DNA from: Histomonas meleagridis 2922-C6/04-290x
Taxonomy: Eukaryota > Protista > Parabasalia
Length of the DNA: 64,000 bases
NCBI GenBank assembly: GCA_020184695.1
Contig: JAANOX010000085.1
Span: forward strand, 248,001 to 312,000
Direction: 5' to 3'
Below are positions 30,993 to 43,500 of this stretch, in pieces (the stretch's first letter is position 1; the number at the start of each line of letters is the position of its first letter). Below the pieces are notes generated by a model. The model worked only from the letters and a program-made list of their open reading frames with translations, had not been told where the DNA came from and searched no databases. Both the position numbers and the translations under genes were made by a program.

Positions 30993-31162
30993 TTTTATGA
31001 TTTTTATTCAGGGTGCCCTGAAACATACCAAGCAAAACAATCCTTAAATTTATCATTTATTTATAAAATATACATACTTCACCAATTTTATATTCAGCGC
31101 CCCGTTGCGCAGAACAAAATTTCAAAAGATGTAATATATAAAAAACAATTTTACACAATAAA

Positions 31163-31750
31163 TTAGCAGTTACATCCATTACTTTCGGTAGGCGCATCAT
31201 TTTTAGGAGATAAATCATCAATAGGAAGTAATTTTGGCCCAAGCTCTGTTGCAACCTCTGTAAATAACAGATCAACATTTTCGCCAGTTAAAGCAGAAAC
31301 TTCTATATATTTCATCTGGCTCATGTCAGCATAGTTTTTTGCTTTTTCTTCCGTGATAGATCTTTGATCGATTAAATCAATCTTATTTCCAACCAAATAT
31401 AACGGTGCATTTTCAAGTGCATTTTCACGAAATTGTTTTACCCAAATGTTTAATGTTTCAAATGAATTTGCTTCTGTAACATCAAAAACAAGAATTCCTG
31501 CTGAAGCTGATCTTGAATATAATCCTGTAAATGTTTGATATCGTTCTTCACCGGCAGTATCCCAAATACGTAATTTAACTATTCCTTTGTTTGTTGATAT
31601 TTCTTCCATTATTACCCCTGATCCAATTGTTGGCGTTACTAAACTTCTAAAAATTTTATCATGCAATTGGAGAACAATGCTTGTCTTGCCAGCACCTGAA
31701 GGCCCAATCATTACGATTTTATGTGAATTTTCTGTGTTCCCAAATTCCAT
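31163..31750 (-). CDS. Rab-family small GTPase
   Basis: GPSGAGKTS, WDTAGEERY, NKID, EVSAL and C-terminal CNC prenylation motif. Confidence 0.93.
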   Translation of the reverse strand: MEFGNTENSHKIVMIGPSGAGKTSIVLQLHDKIFRSLVTPTIGSGVIMEEISTNKGIVKLRIWDTAGEERYQTFTGLYSRSASAGILVFDVTEANSFETLNIWVKQFRENALENAPLYLVGNKIDLIDQRSITEEKAKNYADMSQMKYIEVSALTGENVDLLFTEVATELGPKLLPIDDLSPKNDAPTESNGCNC

Positions 31751-32250
31751 TTTCTTGAAGTGAGTTGATGTAAGGTGGGACTGTTCTCAATTTTTGAATA
31801 AACGCGGTTATTACTATCAATTTTCAATATCACGGATTTTACAATTGAATCAGTACTTGGCCAAGTGAAAAACATCATTATATTTAACAAAATCATCCTC
31901 AGTATCTTCATTATTTTACTAAAATCTGAAATAGTCGTTTAACATAAAAGGCTCGAGCGAGGCAAAAAAGTTAAATGTTGTACTCAAACCATGAATATCA
32001 CTGTTAAATCAATGATATCCATTTCCTGTTTATGTTGTAGATTCAGATGCAATAATGTGTTCAATGTACATTAAAATATATTTTTACTCTCAAATATTTG
32101 TATATTTTTGAAAAGATTAAATTTTCAAACAAATAACCCATCTTTTCTTATTAACTGAATTTTATTTCATATTTTTAATCATGCGCTATGGTTATTTTGT
32201 ATCTTCCAAAATCTGTTTTCTGCAGAAACCGTTATGAGCCGTTAGTTGAT

Positions 32251-32880
32251 ATGAGCTTTACAGAAAAAGAGTATTTCGTTGCTGAAAAGGTTATGGAAGA
32301 ATTATGCACTCACCCATTGGCGGCCCCACTTCTTGTATCAACAGAATCAAATCAAAAGAATTTTACACAAATTTTTACGAATTTAAAAAATAAATCTTAT
32401 ATTAACCTAAGTGAATTTATCCAAGACTTCAATGAAACCTTAATTTCATTTTCAGTTGGAGACCCAACAGATTCTCCAAAAAGAATAATAGCAGAACAAA
32501 TTCGAAAACTCTTTGAAAAATTAATAACTCAACTAAATAATATTTCCACAGAATCTTGGTGTAAAAATGTCGTCAAGTATAAATCTCAAATTTCCAAATT
32601 ATTACATTATTATCCCAAAAAATCGAATAAATTTAATATTGATCCTCATCAAGAAATTATCGATCAAGAAGCAGAGAAACTTGTTTACACTGTAGCAGAT
32701 ATCAAATCAGAAGACGAACATCAAGAGATGGTCAAAATTGTAACAAATCTCCAACCCGAACTTGAAACCTGTAATCCCGAGTTACAAGTTGACTTTACAA
32801 TGCTTCATCCGAAGACGCTTAAAACCCTCAAAGAATATCTTGAAACCAAAAAACCAGCGAAAGAATATAAATCATGCTAA
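32251..32880 (+). CDS. Divergent bromodomain plus ET-domain protein
   Basis: KVMEELCTHPLAAPL..NLKNKSYINLSEFIQDFNE (bromodomain-like) and HQEMVKIVTNLQPEL..LQVDFTMLHPKTLKTLKEYL (ET-like). Likely start ATG 32251. Confidence 0.7.
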   Translation: MSFTEKEYFVAEKVMEELCTHPLAAPLLVSTESNQKNFTQIFTNLKNKSYINLSEFIQDFNETLISFSVGDPTDSPKRIIAEQIRKLFEKLITQLNNISTESWCKNVVKYKSQISKLLHYYPKKSNKFNIDPHQEIIDQEAEKLVYTVADIKSEDEHQEMVKIVTNLQPELETCNPELQVDFTMLHPKTLKTLKEYLETKKPAKEYKSC

Positions 32881-32902
32881 AACGATATGAAACATTAAAA
32901 CT

Positions 32903-34612
32903 TTATTTATATAAAAACTCTTTGTTTCTTTTTAATGTATAATTATTTTCGTTATTTATTTCTAATATATTTTTATGATATTTTATTAGTCTATTACTAT
33001 GAGATATTGTTATTAAAGTTATACCCATTTGGTTCAACATTTTAAATATTTTATCTTCAAGTGTTTCAGAGATAGCACTTGTAGCCTCATCAAGAAGTGC
33101 ATATTTCGGCTTATGAATAAAGACTCTTGCGAGTGCGATTCGTTGTCTTTCGCCAGGGCTTAAACCTTGTTGCCAAATATTCGAAGGTCTTTGCATCAAA
33201 TGTTTAATATCCAAAAACTCAACAAATGTATAAAAATCATTAGTCGAAACCTCTTTAAAATATTTAGGGAAAGAAACGCATTCATAAAAAGATGTATTTG
33301 GAATATAAGGATTCTGTGTTAATATTAACATAACATTCGGAGAAGGTTCCGGAGTTGATATATCTCCGACTTCGATGGGCCATAATTTACCTAATACGCG
33401 AAATATCGATGATTTACCACAACCTGATGGACCAACAATGATTAACGATTCATGAACATTAACAGTAAAACTTAAATCTCGAATAAGTAATTTGCCTTTT
33501 GGATCATGAATATCGACATGCGATAGTTGGAATCCATCAGTAATTACTCCGTTTTGAACTTTATGTTGATATTCAGAAAGAATATTCCATAACTCATTAA
33601 TACGAGTAGCATAACCAGAAAGTTTAGAAAAATCTATAAACATACCAAAGATAGTTGTGAATCCAAAGATTAACATAATAATATTAAATGAACTAACTGA
33701 TATAAAAGAGGCTAATTCTTTATCAGTATAACTTTCCATATGAGAAGAAAGATAATACCAAATACAAAAATAAACAACACCACTTCCAAAATATGCAAAT
33801 ACCTTCTGAAGAAAATTAAGTGGAATGGAAACATTTGCTAACTTGCGTTGGACGTTAAGAACCGCCCGAAGACGATCAGAAATCAAAGAATTTTCTTTTG
33901 ATTGCGCTCCTGATAAACAAATCGTTTCTGCATTTTCTTTAAGGTTGACATGAGCAAGACGGAAATCAGCGTTTTTAGACTGGAAAAGATATGTGAATCT
34001 GACAATCGGCCTCATTGCAAAATTGGATATAAAAACAGAAAGTACTGCAAAAACAAGACAAAATATAATAGAATAAAAATCCGTGAGCATGTACGTGGAA
34101 ATTCCGTAGTAAATGATAATGATTGGCGTTTGAATAATTTTTGAAATAATAAGAAATAATTGTTGTGAATAATCAGATACATCCTGTGTAATCCTTGAAT
34201 CAGGATTGTCTATTTGCGCGTCGTTTATTAAAAGATCATAAAATGAATTTTCACGCATGTAGACTTGATGAATATGATTATCAATATTATTTCGATAAGT
34301 AGCTGCCAAGCGGTCACACGTAAGAAGCTTGAGTGCAATACAAATCGCAATTCCAAAAACTGCTAGAAAAATTTTTCCTAATTCTTCTCGAAATTTTTCT
34401 TTTTTATCTTCAATAATATAACCTATAACACGGGATGGAGCTTCACCGATGTACATATTGAGAAAGAATTCACCTACGGCAAAAAGAATTAAGAAAAATA
34501 ATACGATTAAAGATTTTTTTGTTGTGCTTTTATAAAAGATGGAAAACACATCTAGAAAGCGAGTTTTTCCTGCTGTACGCTTTTTTTCATTCTTGGAATC
34601 ATTCACTTGCAT
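32903..34612 (-). CDS. ABC transporter subfamily D half-transporter (ABCD4-like)
   Basis: DNPDSRITQD, ENAETICLSG (EAA-like), GPSGCGKSS, LSPGERQRIALAR and LLDEATSA. Confidence 0.92.
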   Translation of the reverse strand: MQVNDSKNEKKRTAGKTRFLDVFSIFYKSTTKKSLIVLFFLILFAVGEFFLNMYIGEAPSRVIGYIIEDKKEKFREELGKIFLAVFGIAICIALKLLTCDRLAATYRNNIDNHIHQVYMRENSFYDLLINDAQIDNPDSRITQDVSDYSQQLFLIISKIIQTPIIIIYYGISTYMLTDFYSIIFCLVFAVLSVFISNFAMRPIVRFTYLFQSKNADFRLAHVNLKENAETICLSGAQSKENSLISDRLRAVLNVQRKLANVSIPLNFLQKVFAYFGSGVVYFCIWYYLSSHMESYTDKELASFISVSSFNIIMLIFGFTTIFGMFIDFSKLSGYATRINELWNILSEYQHKVQNGVITDGFQLSHVDIHDPKGKLLIRDLSFTVNVHESLIIVGPSGCGKSSIFRVLGKLWPIEVGDISTPEPSPNVMLILTQNPYIPNTSFYECVSFPKYFKEVSTNDFYTFVEFLDIKHLMQRPSNIWQQGLSPGERQRIALARVFIHKPKYALLDEATSAISETLEDKIFKMLNQMGITLITISHSNRLIKYHKNILEINNENNYTLKRNKEFLYK

Positions 34613-35528
34613 ACAAAAAAAAAATGTCCTGGCTTGACTTTAATAGACATTCTAAAAATCCGTTCAAAAATTCTTTGGGATCAAATTTCGACGCTGGAAT
34701 GGTAACTTTATTTCGAAAAATCAAAATTATATTCACGAAGTGATAATGTATTCAACAATTAACTTAATTTAAACAAAACAAATAAAAATTTGTTGATATA
34801 AAACTTTATAATTAAGTAATGTGATGGAACTTAACAAAGTTTATAAAACAAAAAACTTTCCTAATCTTTCAATAATTTTAATATCTTAAATTAAATTTTT
34901 ATAAAGATATAATGGTATTTCCTGAATCAAAGAAAAAAATGATGAAAATAACAAATGAAAACTAATAATTTTCCAATTTCGGAAAAACAAATAGAGGTTT
35001 GGACACAAAATTTCAAATATAATTGTATTATTGATTATGATTAATGATTGAAATTGGAAATAAATCCCAAATCATTTCACATTTGGTTATGGTTATTTTA
35101 TTGATTCATTCTTTCCTTTAAATTTTTTTTATATTGGATCTTTTTAAATTCAGTTCAAGCAACAAAATTATCCACAGCGACAGCAAATTTATTCATAACA
35201 GCAACAAATTTATTAATTACAAAACTATAAAAGCATCAAAGCAACAATGCTCAATGTGCACATACGTTTTAATCACTTTTATGATAATTGATTGAAATAT
35301 GTGATACAACTTGAGGATGAACCCATAGTATTGTAATGATTTAAATATTTAAAATCAGCAATCAAAAAAATCAATAAAACAAAAGAGATAAAATTTCGTA
35401 TAGATTTTTTTTTCAACTTTAAACGTTTCAAACTAAACAGATTATGTTTAAGACATTGAGCCTGAAAGTACTAAGCAAAAAAATAATTTGAGCTTGCCCA
35501 AAATTGATTTGAGGTAATTTTTTTTTTA

Positions 35529-36680
35529 TTAACAAAAACAGTGTTTCAACAAATCACTATAAAATTCTTGCCATGATATATCCCAAGCCGAAGCTGTTTT
35601 TAATGCATTTTTCTTGAGCTCGTTTAAATCAATTTCCTTAGTAATGCATAATTTTACAATATATTCCCTAAGTTCAATCTCATCCTTAAAGATCAAACCT
35701 TTTTTCCCTCTATCTGTAACCTCTGCCATTGAGCCATGTCTTGATACTAAAATCGGTATTTTGGCTCCGATAGCATCTGTAATGTGAGGTGCAAAATCGA
35801 GACCGTTAACAGAGCCATCGAAAACGATACATAAATCGGAGCACCCCAATATTTGAGAGTATAAATTTGAATTGATTGGAGCGAAATGAAGTTGAATATG
35901 ATTTTGTTCTTGGGAATTTGTGAACATTTTTTCTATTTTTTCTTGTTCTTTTGCATTCCCTTGTATAACAAATGAAATGTCAACTTTAAATGATTCCAAA
36001 CTTATTGAAAGATCGACAAAACTTTTCAACAAATTTTCATCAAAATATGGAAAAGGAACACTGATGAGAAGTGTGTTGGGACCTCGACGTAAAAAGCTAA
36101 GAACTTCTGATTTTATATCTGTTTCATGCTTAAAAATCGAGCCTGGCGGATCATAAATAAGATATGGTTTAAAATTAGAAAGCCGAAGAAGTACTTTAAG
36201 CGCTTGTGTTGAGCAAACAAGAGCAGAAGAAATACTCATAAAAATTCGTTCAAACCTTCGCAAAATTGGATTGTTCCAATGAAGATTTTGAACATCTAAA
36301 ATAATTTTTGCATTAAAAGAAAAAGAAAAAGATGATATAGCTAAAAGCTGGTAAATGTTTAAGTTAAGGTTTGATAATACAAAATCTGTTTTTGGTAGTG
36401 TTTTGGATAAGAAATAAATATGAAAAAGATAATATAATAATTGAATTGGAAACAAGAGGATATCAACAATTACATTTGGAAATTTTGGAAATTTGTAAAA
36501 ATATTTTAGTTGAATATTTGGTGAATTTTCAATAAATTTTGGTAACGATGTAATATCAGGACCAAGCAAAATAACGCTTGAATCCTTCTGATTAGCAAAT
36601 GATTTTGCATGTCTTAGAAGTCGATATTGTTTCCCAATATCATCAAGAGATAAAATTAAAACAGAAGGCATTGAATTCAA
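35529..36680 (-). CDS. ALG1: ALG1-like beta-1,4-mannosyltransferase (divergent)
   Basis: VLILSLDDIGKQYRLLRHAKSFA and YSQILGCSDLCIV..NGLDFAPHITDAIGAKIP align with ALG1 N- and C-terminal motifs. Confidence 0.65.
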   Translation of the reverse strand: MNSMPSVLILSLDDIGKQYRLLRHAKSFANQKDSSVILLGPDITSLPKFIENSPNIQLKYFYKFPKFPNVIVDILLFPIQLLYYLFHIYFLSKTLPKTDFVLSNLNLNIYQLLAISSFSFSFNAKIILDVQNLHWNNPILRRFERIFMSISSALVCSTQALKVLLRLSNFKPYLIYDPPGSIFKHETDIKSEVLSFLRRGPNTLLISVPFPYFDENLLKSFVDLSISLESFKVDISFVIQGNAKEQEKIEKMFTNSQEQNHIQLHFAPINSNLYSQILGCSDLCIVFDGSVNGLDFAPHITDAIGAKIPILVSRHGSMAEVTDRGKKGLIFKDEIELREYIVKLCITKEIDLNELKKNALKTASAWDISWQEFYSDLLKHCFC

Positions 36681-37006
36681 ACAAACAAAGTCAATTTTTT
36701 TTTCTTTTTGATCTATCCATCTGTTGCTGATAACTTTTTACTATGTGTAGAATATAGTCAAATAAACTAACAACTTGAATGATTAATGCTTTTTATAAAA
36801 ATAATTCTATAACTTCCAAGTTAATTTGATATATCATGGTATAAGAACAAACAAAAATTTAAATGATAATCTGATTTTTTTTAATATGTTTTCGATTTTT
36901 CATGTGAGTTAATAAAATAGATGATTAATAATTAATGTTTTTGATTTTTTTTTAAAAAAAACGTTTATTCCTATCGGACGTTTAACAAGACCGTTTAATC
37001 AAAAGC

Positions 37007-37744
37007 ATGCTTTGGTTACTTTTTCTTTTTGTCACTTCAGATCAATATAAAGAAGCCAGAGAACTAACAGAAATAATCCATAATGTTGGCAAGCAAATTC
37101 AAGAAGTTCAAAAGGAAACAGATAAATTATATGATCAATTTTCAAATTTTTCTCAAATTCTAGAAGAATTAGCTCAAAAAAGAAAACATGCAAATATAGG
37201 AGAATCAAATATTAATCAAAAAAATTCTGTTCAATATGAAGATGCATTAAGAAATATTTCAAACCGAATTTTTTCAGATCCAATTAATATCTCCCTTGTA
37301 TCAATCAAATCTGATAAAAAGTCAAAGTCATTACAATTTTATGATAAAATTAAAACACTGATTGATCAAAGATATCAAATTCCAGCTGAAAATTCTATCA
37401 AGCAAAAAAGCAAAAATCAGTGGAAAATAAAGGGAACAGAAGCTATTTTTGTCTTTAGAGCACAAATTATTTCCAAAGTTACAAGTTTTGAGATAACTCC
37501 ATCTGGATCAAAACATCATCCAGAAATGGGAATTAGCTTAGAATTCTACTTACACAAGCAACTGGTTCATAAGACAGATGAAATTGTAATCAACAGAGAG
37601 ACATTATTGCCACAAAAATTCATCTTAAATAATTCCATTTATTTCCGGTACGTCAAAGTTTTTGTACAAAACAAAAATGCGAAGAACAAAGTAAAGCTTC
37701 CAACCATTCTTTTTTATGATGATCCCATTGTCATTGATAATTGA
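37007..37744 (+). CDS. Signal-peptide coiled-coil protein with a beta-rich C-terminal domain
   Basis: MLWLLFLFVTS leader, a coiled coil, then a beta-strand-rich region; family not recognised. Confidence 0.65.
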   Translation: MLWLLFLFVTSDQYKEARELTEIIHNVGKQIQEVQKETDKLYDQFSNFSQILEELAQKRKHANIGESNINQKNSVQYEDALRNISNRIFSDPINISLVSIKSDKKSKSLQFYDKIKTLIDQRYQIPAENSIKQKSKNQWKIKGTEAIFVFRAQIISKVTSFEITPSGSKHHPEMGISLEFYLHKQLVHKTDEIVINRETLLPQKFILNNSIYFRYVKVFVQNKNAKNKVKLPTILFYDDPIVIDN

Positions 37745-37909
37745 TTAACAAATTTCATGTAAACCATAAATTTTTACAAAAAAAAAATTTATTTTTTTTC
37801 TTCAATACCAGAAAAAAGTTTGTTTTGATCTAGTGAAAAAAAAACATTTTTTTTTTTTTTTGTTGGCATTATTTGCTCTCAAACAAACATTTTCAATTCA
37901 TATTTTAAA

Positions 37910-38314
37910 ATGGCAGTGGAAGTGCCAAGAAATTTCCGTCTTTTAGATGAACTTGAAGAAGGTGAGAAAGGACAAGATGTCCCACCTAATATTTCATTTG
38001 GTTTAGAAGATCCGTCTGATTCAACATTAACAACTTGGAATGGAACGATTCTTGGAAAAGAAGGAACACAATTTTTTGGTAGGATGGTATCTGTTCGCTT
38101 GATTTGTGGTGAAAATTATCCAAAGGTTGCCCCAATTGTAACATTTATTAGTCCTGTAAATCTACCATTTGTTGATAGAAATGGGAAAGTTATTATTAAC
38201 AATTTCCCACTCCTTAAGAACTGGAATCCAAGTACAACAATATTAAAAATTCTCATGGAAATATCGAACCAAATGGTGAAAAACGGAAACCTTAAGCAAC
38301 CACCAGAAGAATAA
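37910..38314 (+). CDS. MMS2: Ubiquitin E2 variant UEV1/MMS2
   Basis: VPRNFRLLDELEEGEKG, ISFGLED, WNGTILG, CGENYP and QPPE; no catalytic Cys. Confidence 0.93.
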   Translation: MAVEVPRNFRLLDELEEGEKGQDVPPNISFGLEDPSDSTLTTWNGTILGKEGTQFFGRMVSVRLICGENYPKVAPIVTFISPVNLPFVDRNGKVIINNFPLLKNWNPSTTILKILMEISNQMVKNGNLKQPPEE

Positions 38315-38377
38315 GTATGAAATAAACGTTCATTTAAAAGTGGCATTAAAATAAACGTTCTTATGTGAATTTAGTGA

Positions 38378-39661
38378 ATGAGATGCTCATATAAACAGCC
38401 AAAATCCTCCAAACAAAAATTCAAAATCGTTGATAAAGGAGTTGGTGATGTTGATGAATTAAAAGATGAAATTCAAGAGGAAGATAAATGTGATTCTGAA
38501 TTATTAACGAAGTGGAAAGGAAATCTCATTAATGGTGAGTCACCACTTGGGGGGATTATAGAGGTTTATGGTGATAATTTCCCGATTTTTGATAATACTT
38601 TTTTATTATTATTTATTGATTACTTTTCTCAGAAACATGAAGATGCAATTGAACTACTATTAAAGTTGATGATGAGACAGGAAAATTCCCTTAAGTTGGC
38701 ACAACTTGGCATATTTGAAGAATTATTTAATGAAATCCCAAATTCTTTCAATGTCTTATTAAACATCATTTCACAAGGGAAATTCCAAACAGTCCTTTAT
38801 TTTCTCAACATGGGTGGGCTTGATTATTTTATTGAATTTTCTTCAATACCAGATTTACAACCAACAATTTCTCATATTTTATATCTCCTTTCAGAACAAT
38901 CGTATCCATACTTTTGTACCCAAAGCTCAAGAAACCCCAACTTTATGTTTGTCATATATGAAAATCTATTAAATTCAGATAACTACGAAACACTTTCATT
39001 TATAGTAAAATCCATTAAAACCATGATTCGAAAATATAAGGGTGATGCTTCAAACGTGATTGGCCCTTTATTTTTGGATAAGTTTGAATATTTATCACAA
39101 TTCCAAGATCTCATTCCTTTGATCTTTGACTGCTTAATAACCCTTTTAGAGCACCTTGAGATATCAAATCTCGACCCTTTTTTAAAAATAGCGTATGAAA
39201 ATTTAGATTTTAACAATGAACAATCTTCGAATGTAATTTTACATTTTATTGAAAACGTATGGATAAATGACCCAAACTTCGAAACAAATTATTTTGTTTT
39301 TGTCGACAAAATTTTCGAATTTTTAGAAAAAGCAAATTTCGCATCAAAAACATGTGCAATGCTTTTGCTGATTAAAATATCAAAAAATTGTTCTGCAGAA
39401 TTTCAAGAAGCTCTTCTTGAAAAGGGACAATTAAATGCGTTTATAACATTTCTCTCAGTTCCAAATGATAATGTTTTAATGCAAACTTTGATCTCGATTG
39501 AAAACGTTATTAATTTTTTGTTACTAAATTCATATATGGATAAATATTCTTCACAAATAATGGAATTACAAGAAACTTTACCAGGATTACATGAACACAG
39601 TAATCCGGATATTGTTGGAGAAGTTGAAAAACTAATGTCAATTCTTCTAAAAGAGGAATAG
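38378..39661 (+). CDS. ARM/HEAT-like helical repeat protein
   Basis: 427-aa ORF of amphipathic L/I/F/E-rich helices; no specific family recognised. Confidence 0.65.
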   Translation: MRCSYKQPKSSKQKFKIVDKGVGDVDELKDEIQEEDKCDSELLTKWKGNLINGESPLGGIIEVYGDNFPIFDNTFLLLFIDYFSQKHEDAIELLLKLMMRQENSLKLAQLGIFEELFNEIPNSFNVLLNIISQGKFQTVLYFLNMGGLDYFIEFSSIPDLQPTISHILYLLSEQSYPYFCTQSSRNPNFMFVIYENLLNSDNYETLSFIVKSIKTMIRKYKGDASNVIGPLFLDKFEYLSQFQDLIPLIFDCLITLLEHLEISNLDPFLKIAYENLDFNNEQSSNVILHFIENVWINDPNFETNYFVFVDKIFEFLEKANFASKTCAMLLLIKISKNCSAEFQEALLEKGQLNAFITFLSVPNDNVLMQTLISIENVINFLLLNSYMDKYSSQIMELQETLPGLHEHSNPDIVGEVEKLMSILLKEE

Positions 39662-40031
39662 AACCGAATCTGGCAAAAGTCCCTATCGGCCATGAATTCA
39701 CTAGCTTAGGCAGGAATTTGGAAGAACATTTAATTTTATGATACAATGGATTAATGAAAGATCACCACAATTTTTGCCTTTAAATTAATACTACTTAGTT
39801 TAATCAATGTACTGGTAAACTTGATCTTTTTTGTAAATATATGCATTATTTAATTTTATAAACTTTATAATAAGCTTCAAATTTTTTATTTATTTGTTCT
39901 GTGTTCAAACCTTGCTTAAAAAATATTTTGGAATCGATACTCTTCTTACACATAATAACGGATGATTAACAAACTTAAAAACATATCTCACAAACAAGTG
40001 AGACATTTTAAGATAAATAGATATAGAATTC

Positions 40032-40417
40032 ATGAGTTTCGCTAGCTTCGAAGATAGCTTTGTAAGTTTTTTGAGAGAATTTCAAATAAAACAGGTGTCA
40101 ACAAACGAAATGCAAGAGAAATGCCTCAGTGACCTTGAGTTAGTTCAAAGAGTCATTCAAAAAATGGTGCAAACATATAGCAATCAGTTCAACTGATGTT
40201 TTTATTTTATAAACTCTTTGTTTGAACAACATGAAACTGGAAATTACTTATGGGCAAAATGGTATAAGCATAATGAAATCATAAATTTACTTTTTAAACA
40301 AAACCCTTGCGTATTAGATGTGTACTTATAAACGATGTAAAGGCAGGGAAATACGCAATTGCAAGTGAAAATCTTGAAATCATTCATTTGCTTAAAAAAT
40401 CATCAAAGATTTGGTGA
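40032..40417 (+). pseudogene. Possible decayed DUF3447/ankyrin-like fragment
   Basis: A 54-codon ORF (40032-40196), then broken frames reading WYKHNEIINLLF and GKYAIASENLEIIHLL. The latter resembles GKYAVAGGNEEIIHLC of the ANK family here. Confidence 0.35.
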
Positions 40418-40539
40418 AAACATACAAAAGATCAGGGGAAATATTAAAATGTTTACTCAATTGAAAAATTGAATACGAATGTATAACTTTTTATGTAGTT
40501 TATTAACCCAGAAACACGTTAATTTATCAAATCTGTGAA

Positions 40540-43500
40540 ATGCAAAATGAATTTACAAATAATCGACATCCACATTTTGATATACCTCAAAACAACATGC
40601 CTCCTCGCGATGATACAATGTTTGGACATGGTTCATCAATGGAATTCGAACATCTAAATTCAATTCTTCGTATGAAAGAACAACAAATAGAAAGACTTCA
40701 AGCAGAAGTACGATCATTAATTAAAATTCAAACAGAGCAAGCCAAGCAACTTGAAAGAACTTTAGATGAACAAAGAGAATTAGAAAAACAAATTGCGTTA
40801 CATGAAAAAATGCTTCTTCAACCAAAGAATGAAACTGAACCAGATGAATTTGATGTAACACAAACATTTACAGATCAAGGGAAAGAAGTACCATCTTTTA
40901 TTGAAAATTCGTTATTTCTTCGAACATTTTTACGAAATAAGCAATCTTCATTAGATGACATTGTTAGAAATATTAGTGCAATCACTGACCAACATGTACG
41001 TGGCCAAGTAGGCCAAGCACTTTTATCACAAATGGAACGATATCTCGAACTCAACAAAATTTTTGAAAAATTATGTGATGAAAACGAATGTGAATCATTT
41101 ATTAACACCTTTGAGCAAGAAGTTCGAAACTTATTAAATTGTCGACGAATAATATTATGGTCCACCATTCCATCAGCAGGTGTTATTATATCCTATTCGT
41201 CTATTACAGTAATACCTGAAACGGAAGGATTACTTGGTAAAGTTGTTAAAGAGAAGAAACGACTTATCATAAATAATCCCACCAAAGATAGTTCTTATTC
41301 CCAACAATATGATTCACCTTTTTTATCATCCTCTAAGATAACTCTTTACCAACCAGTCTACAACAAGAATAATGAACTCATTTGGATCATCCAATTGATC
41401 GATCATCTTGACACAAGCGGTTCTGTCATATCACCTTCGACTGATGACATTTTAATCATTGAATTTTTAGAGTATTCATTGAAATGCATTTTTAAGAATC
41501 CTACAAAACATGATGAAATCATTAAGAAGACATTATCACAATCAGCAATTACAAAGAACAATCAATTTATACCATTAATGGATACCATTAAAACTGCTGC
41601 CAAAAAGATTGTTGGCTGTGAAAGTTTACTTGTTTATTTTGTTGATAATAAGAAGAATGTCTTATTTAATCTAAAAGAAGTCACTAATGGACAAGAGAAC
41701 TTCTCATCGATTTCACGTAATGAAGTTCCGATTGATAATGCTGGCATTGCAGGTTATGCATGTCAACATAAGAACATAATCAATAATAGCATAGCTAAAG
41801 AACATCCTGGTTATAACCCTACAATTGATGGAGAATATCCAAATGGATCAATATTAGCATTACCATTATTAGATAGTAATAATGAAGTCACGTTAGTTAC
41901 TATTGCACGACAAAAAAGAAGTGGAATGATGTTTACACAAAATGATGAAATTATTCTTGAATCATTTTCACGATTAGCTAATGGCGTTTTGTTTAGTGCG
42001 CAAAAATATGAAAATAATATTGCGGAAACTAAACAAGCATTAACAAGTCATAAATATTATACGACTTTATTATCTATAGCACAAGAGTTATCTTCCGTGT
42101 TAGATATTAATACACTTGTAAGGAAAATCATGACAAAAGCTCAAACTTTTATAGGAGCAGATCGATGTTCAGTGTTTTTAGTTGATAAAGTCGTTGGTGG
42201 ACTTTGGTCATTAGTTGCACATGGAACAGATAAAATACATATTTCTGAAGGTGAAGGTATTGCAGGTCATGTAGTATCAACTGGGGAAATCATTAATATT
42301 GAAGATGCTTATGATGATCCACGTTTTAATTCCGCCGTTGATAAACAAAGTGGTTATCGAACTAAAAGTATATTATGTGTACCGATAAAAAACAATGAAA
42401 ATAAAATGATTGGGTGTACACAAATGATAAACAAAATCGGAAGTGATAAATTCACTCAAACAGATGTCGAATTATTACAAGCGTTTAATGTCTTTTGTGG
42501 AATTGCTATATCGAATGCTCAATTATATCAAGAAGCAACACAAAGTAAAAAGAAAATGTCCGCTTTATTAGACATTGCACTTGATTTCTCATCTTCTGTT
42601 ACTTTTCAAGCGTTATTACAAAATATATCACAAAAGACAAAAGAAATTCTTGAAGCCGAATTTTGTTGGATATTTATGATTGATAAATCACAAAAAACTT
42701 ATAAGCCATTAGTATTTGATCGAAAGATATCAACAACAGAATTCTCTACGCGTAAAGGTATTGTTGGTTTTGTAGCTTTAACAGGATCCGAAATTAATTT
42801 AACAATTACGAAAGATGATAAAAGCTTAGATTTAGAGATATGGAATCAAATTAAAGTGTTTCCAAGAAGTCTTTTAGGTGCACCTATTTATGATAGTCGT
42901 ATGCAAGTCGTCGGAGTAATGTTAGTTACTAATAAATTTGGTGTCCCTAAATTTACTGATGAAGATTTATCATTAATGAGAGGCTTTTCTTCATTTGTTG
43001 GATTAGCTGTCTCGAAATGGTCGATGACTTATGATAAATTATTTAATAAGAAAGAAGAAAACTTAATAAATCCAAACGAATTTAAATCAACAAATATCCC
43101 TGATAAATTAAAGATAGATAATACTTTAATTGATATCATTAATTCACATAACTTCGATGTATATCAATATTCCAAAAATGAACAATTTAAAATTATCATT
43201 TATATATTTAATGAATTTAATTTAATCTCCGAATTTAATATACCAATTAATACTTTGTTAAAATTCCTTGATGCTGTTTCTTCTGAATATCATCCAATTC
43301 CATATCATAATTGGAATCATGCAGTCGAATTAACGCAATATTTATATTACGAAATTAAATTAGGAAAAATTTATGAAAATTTCTCGAAATTAGAAATTTT
43401 ATCACTTTTCGTTGCTGCTTTATGTAATGATATTGGACATAGAGGCAAAAATAATATTCGACTTCAAGCTTCTCCTTTCTCGATATTATATAAGGAACAA

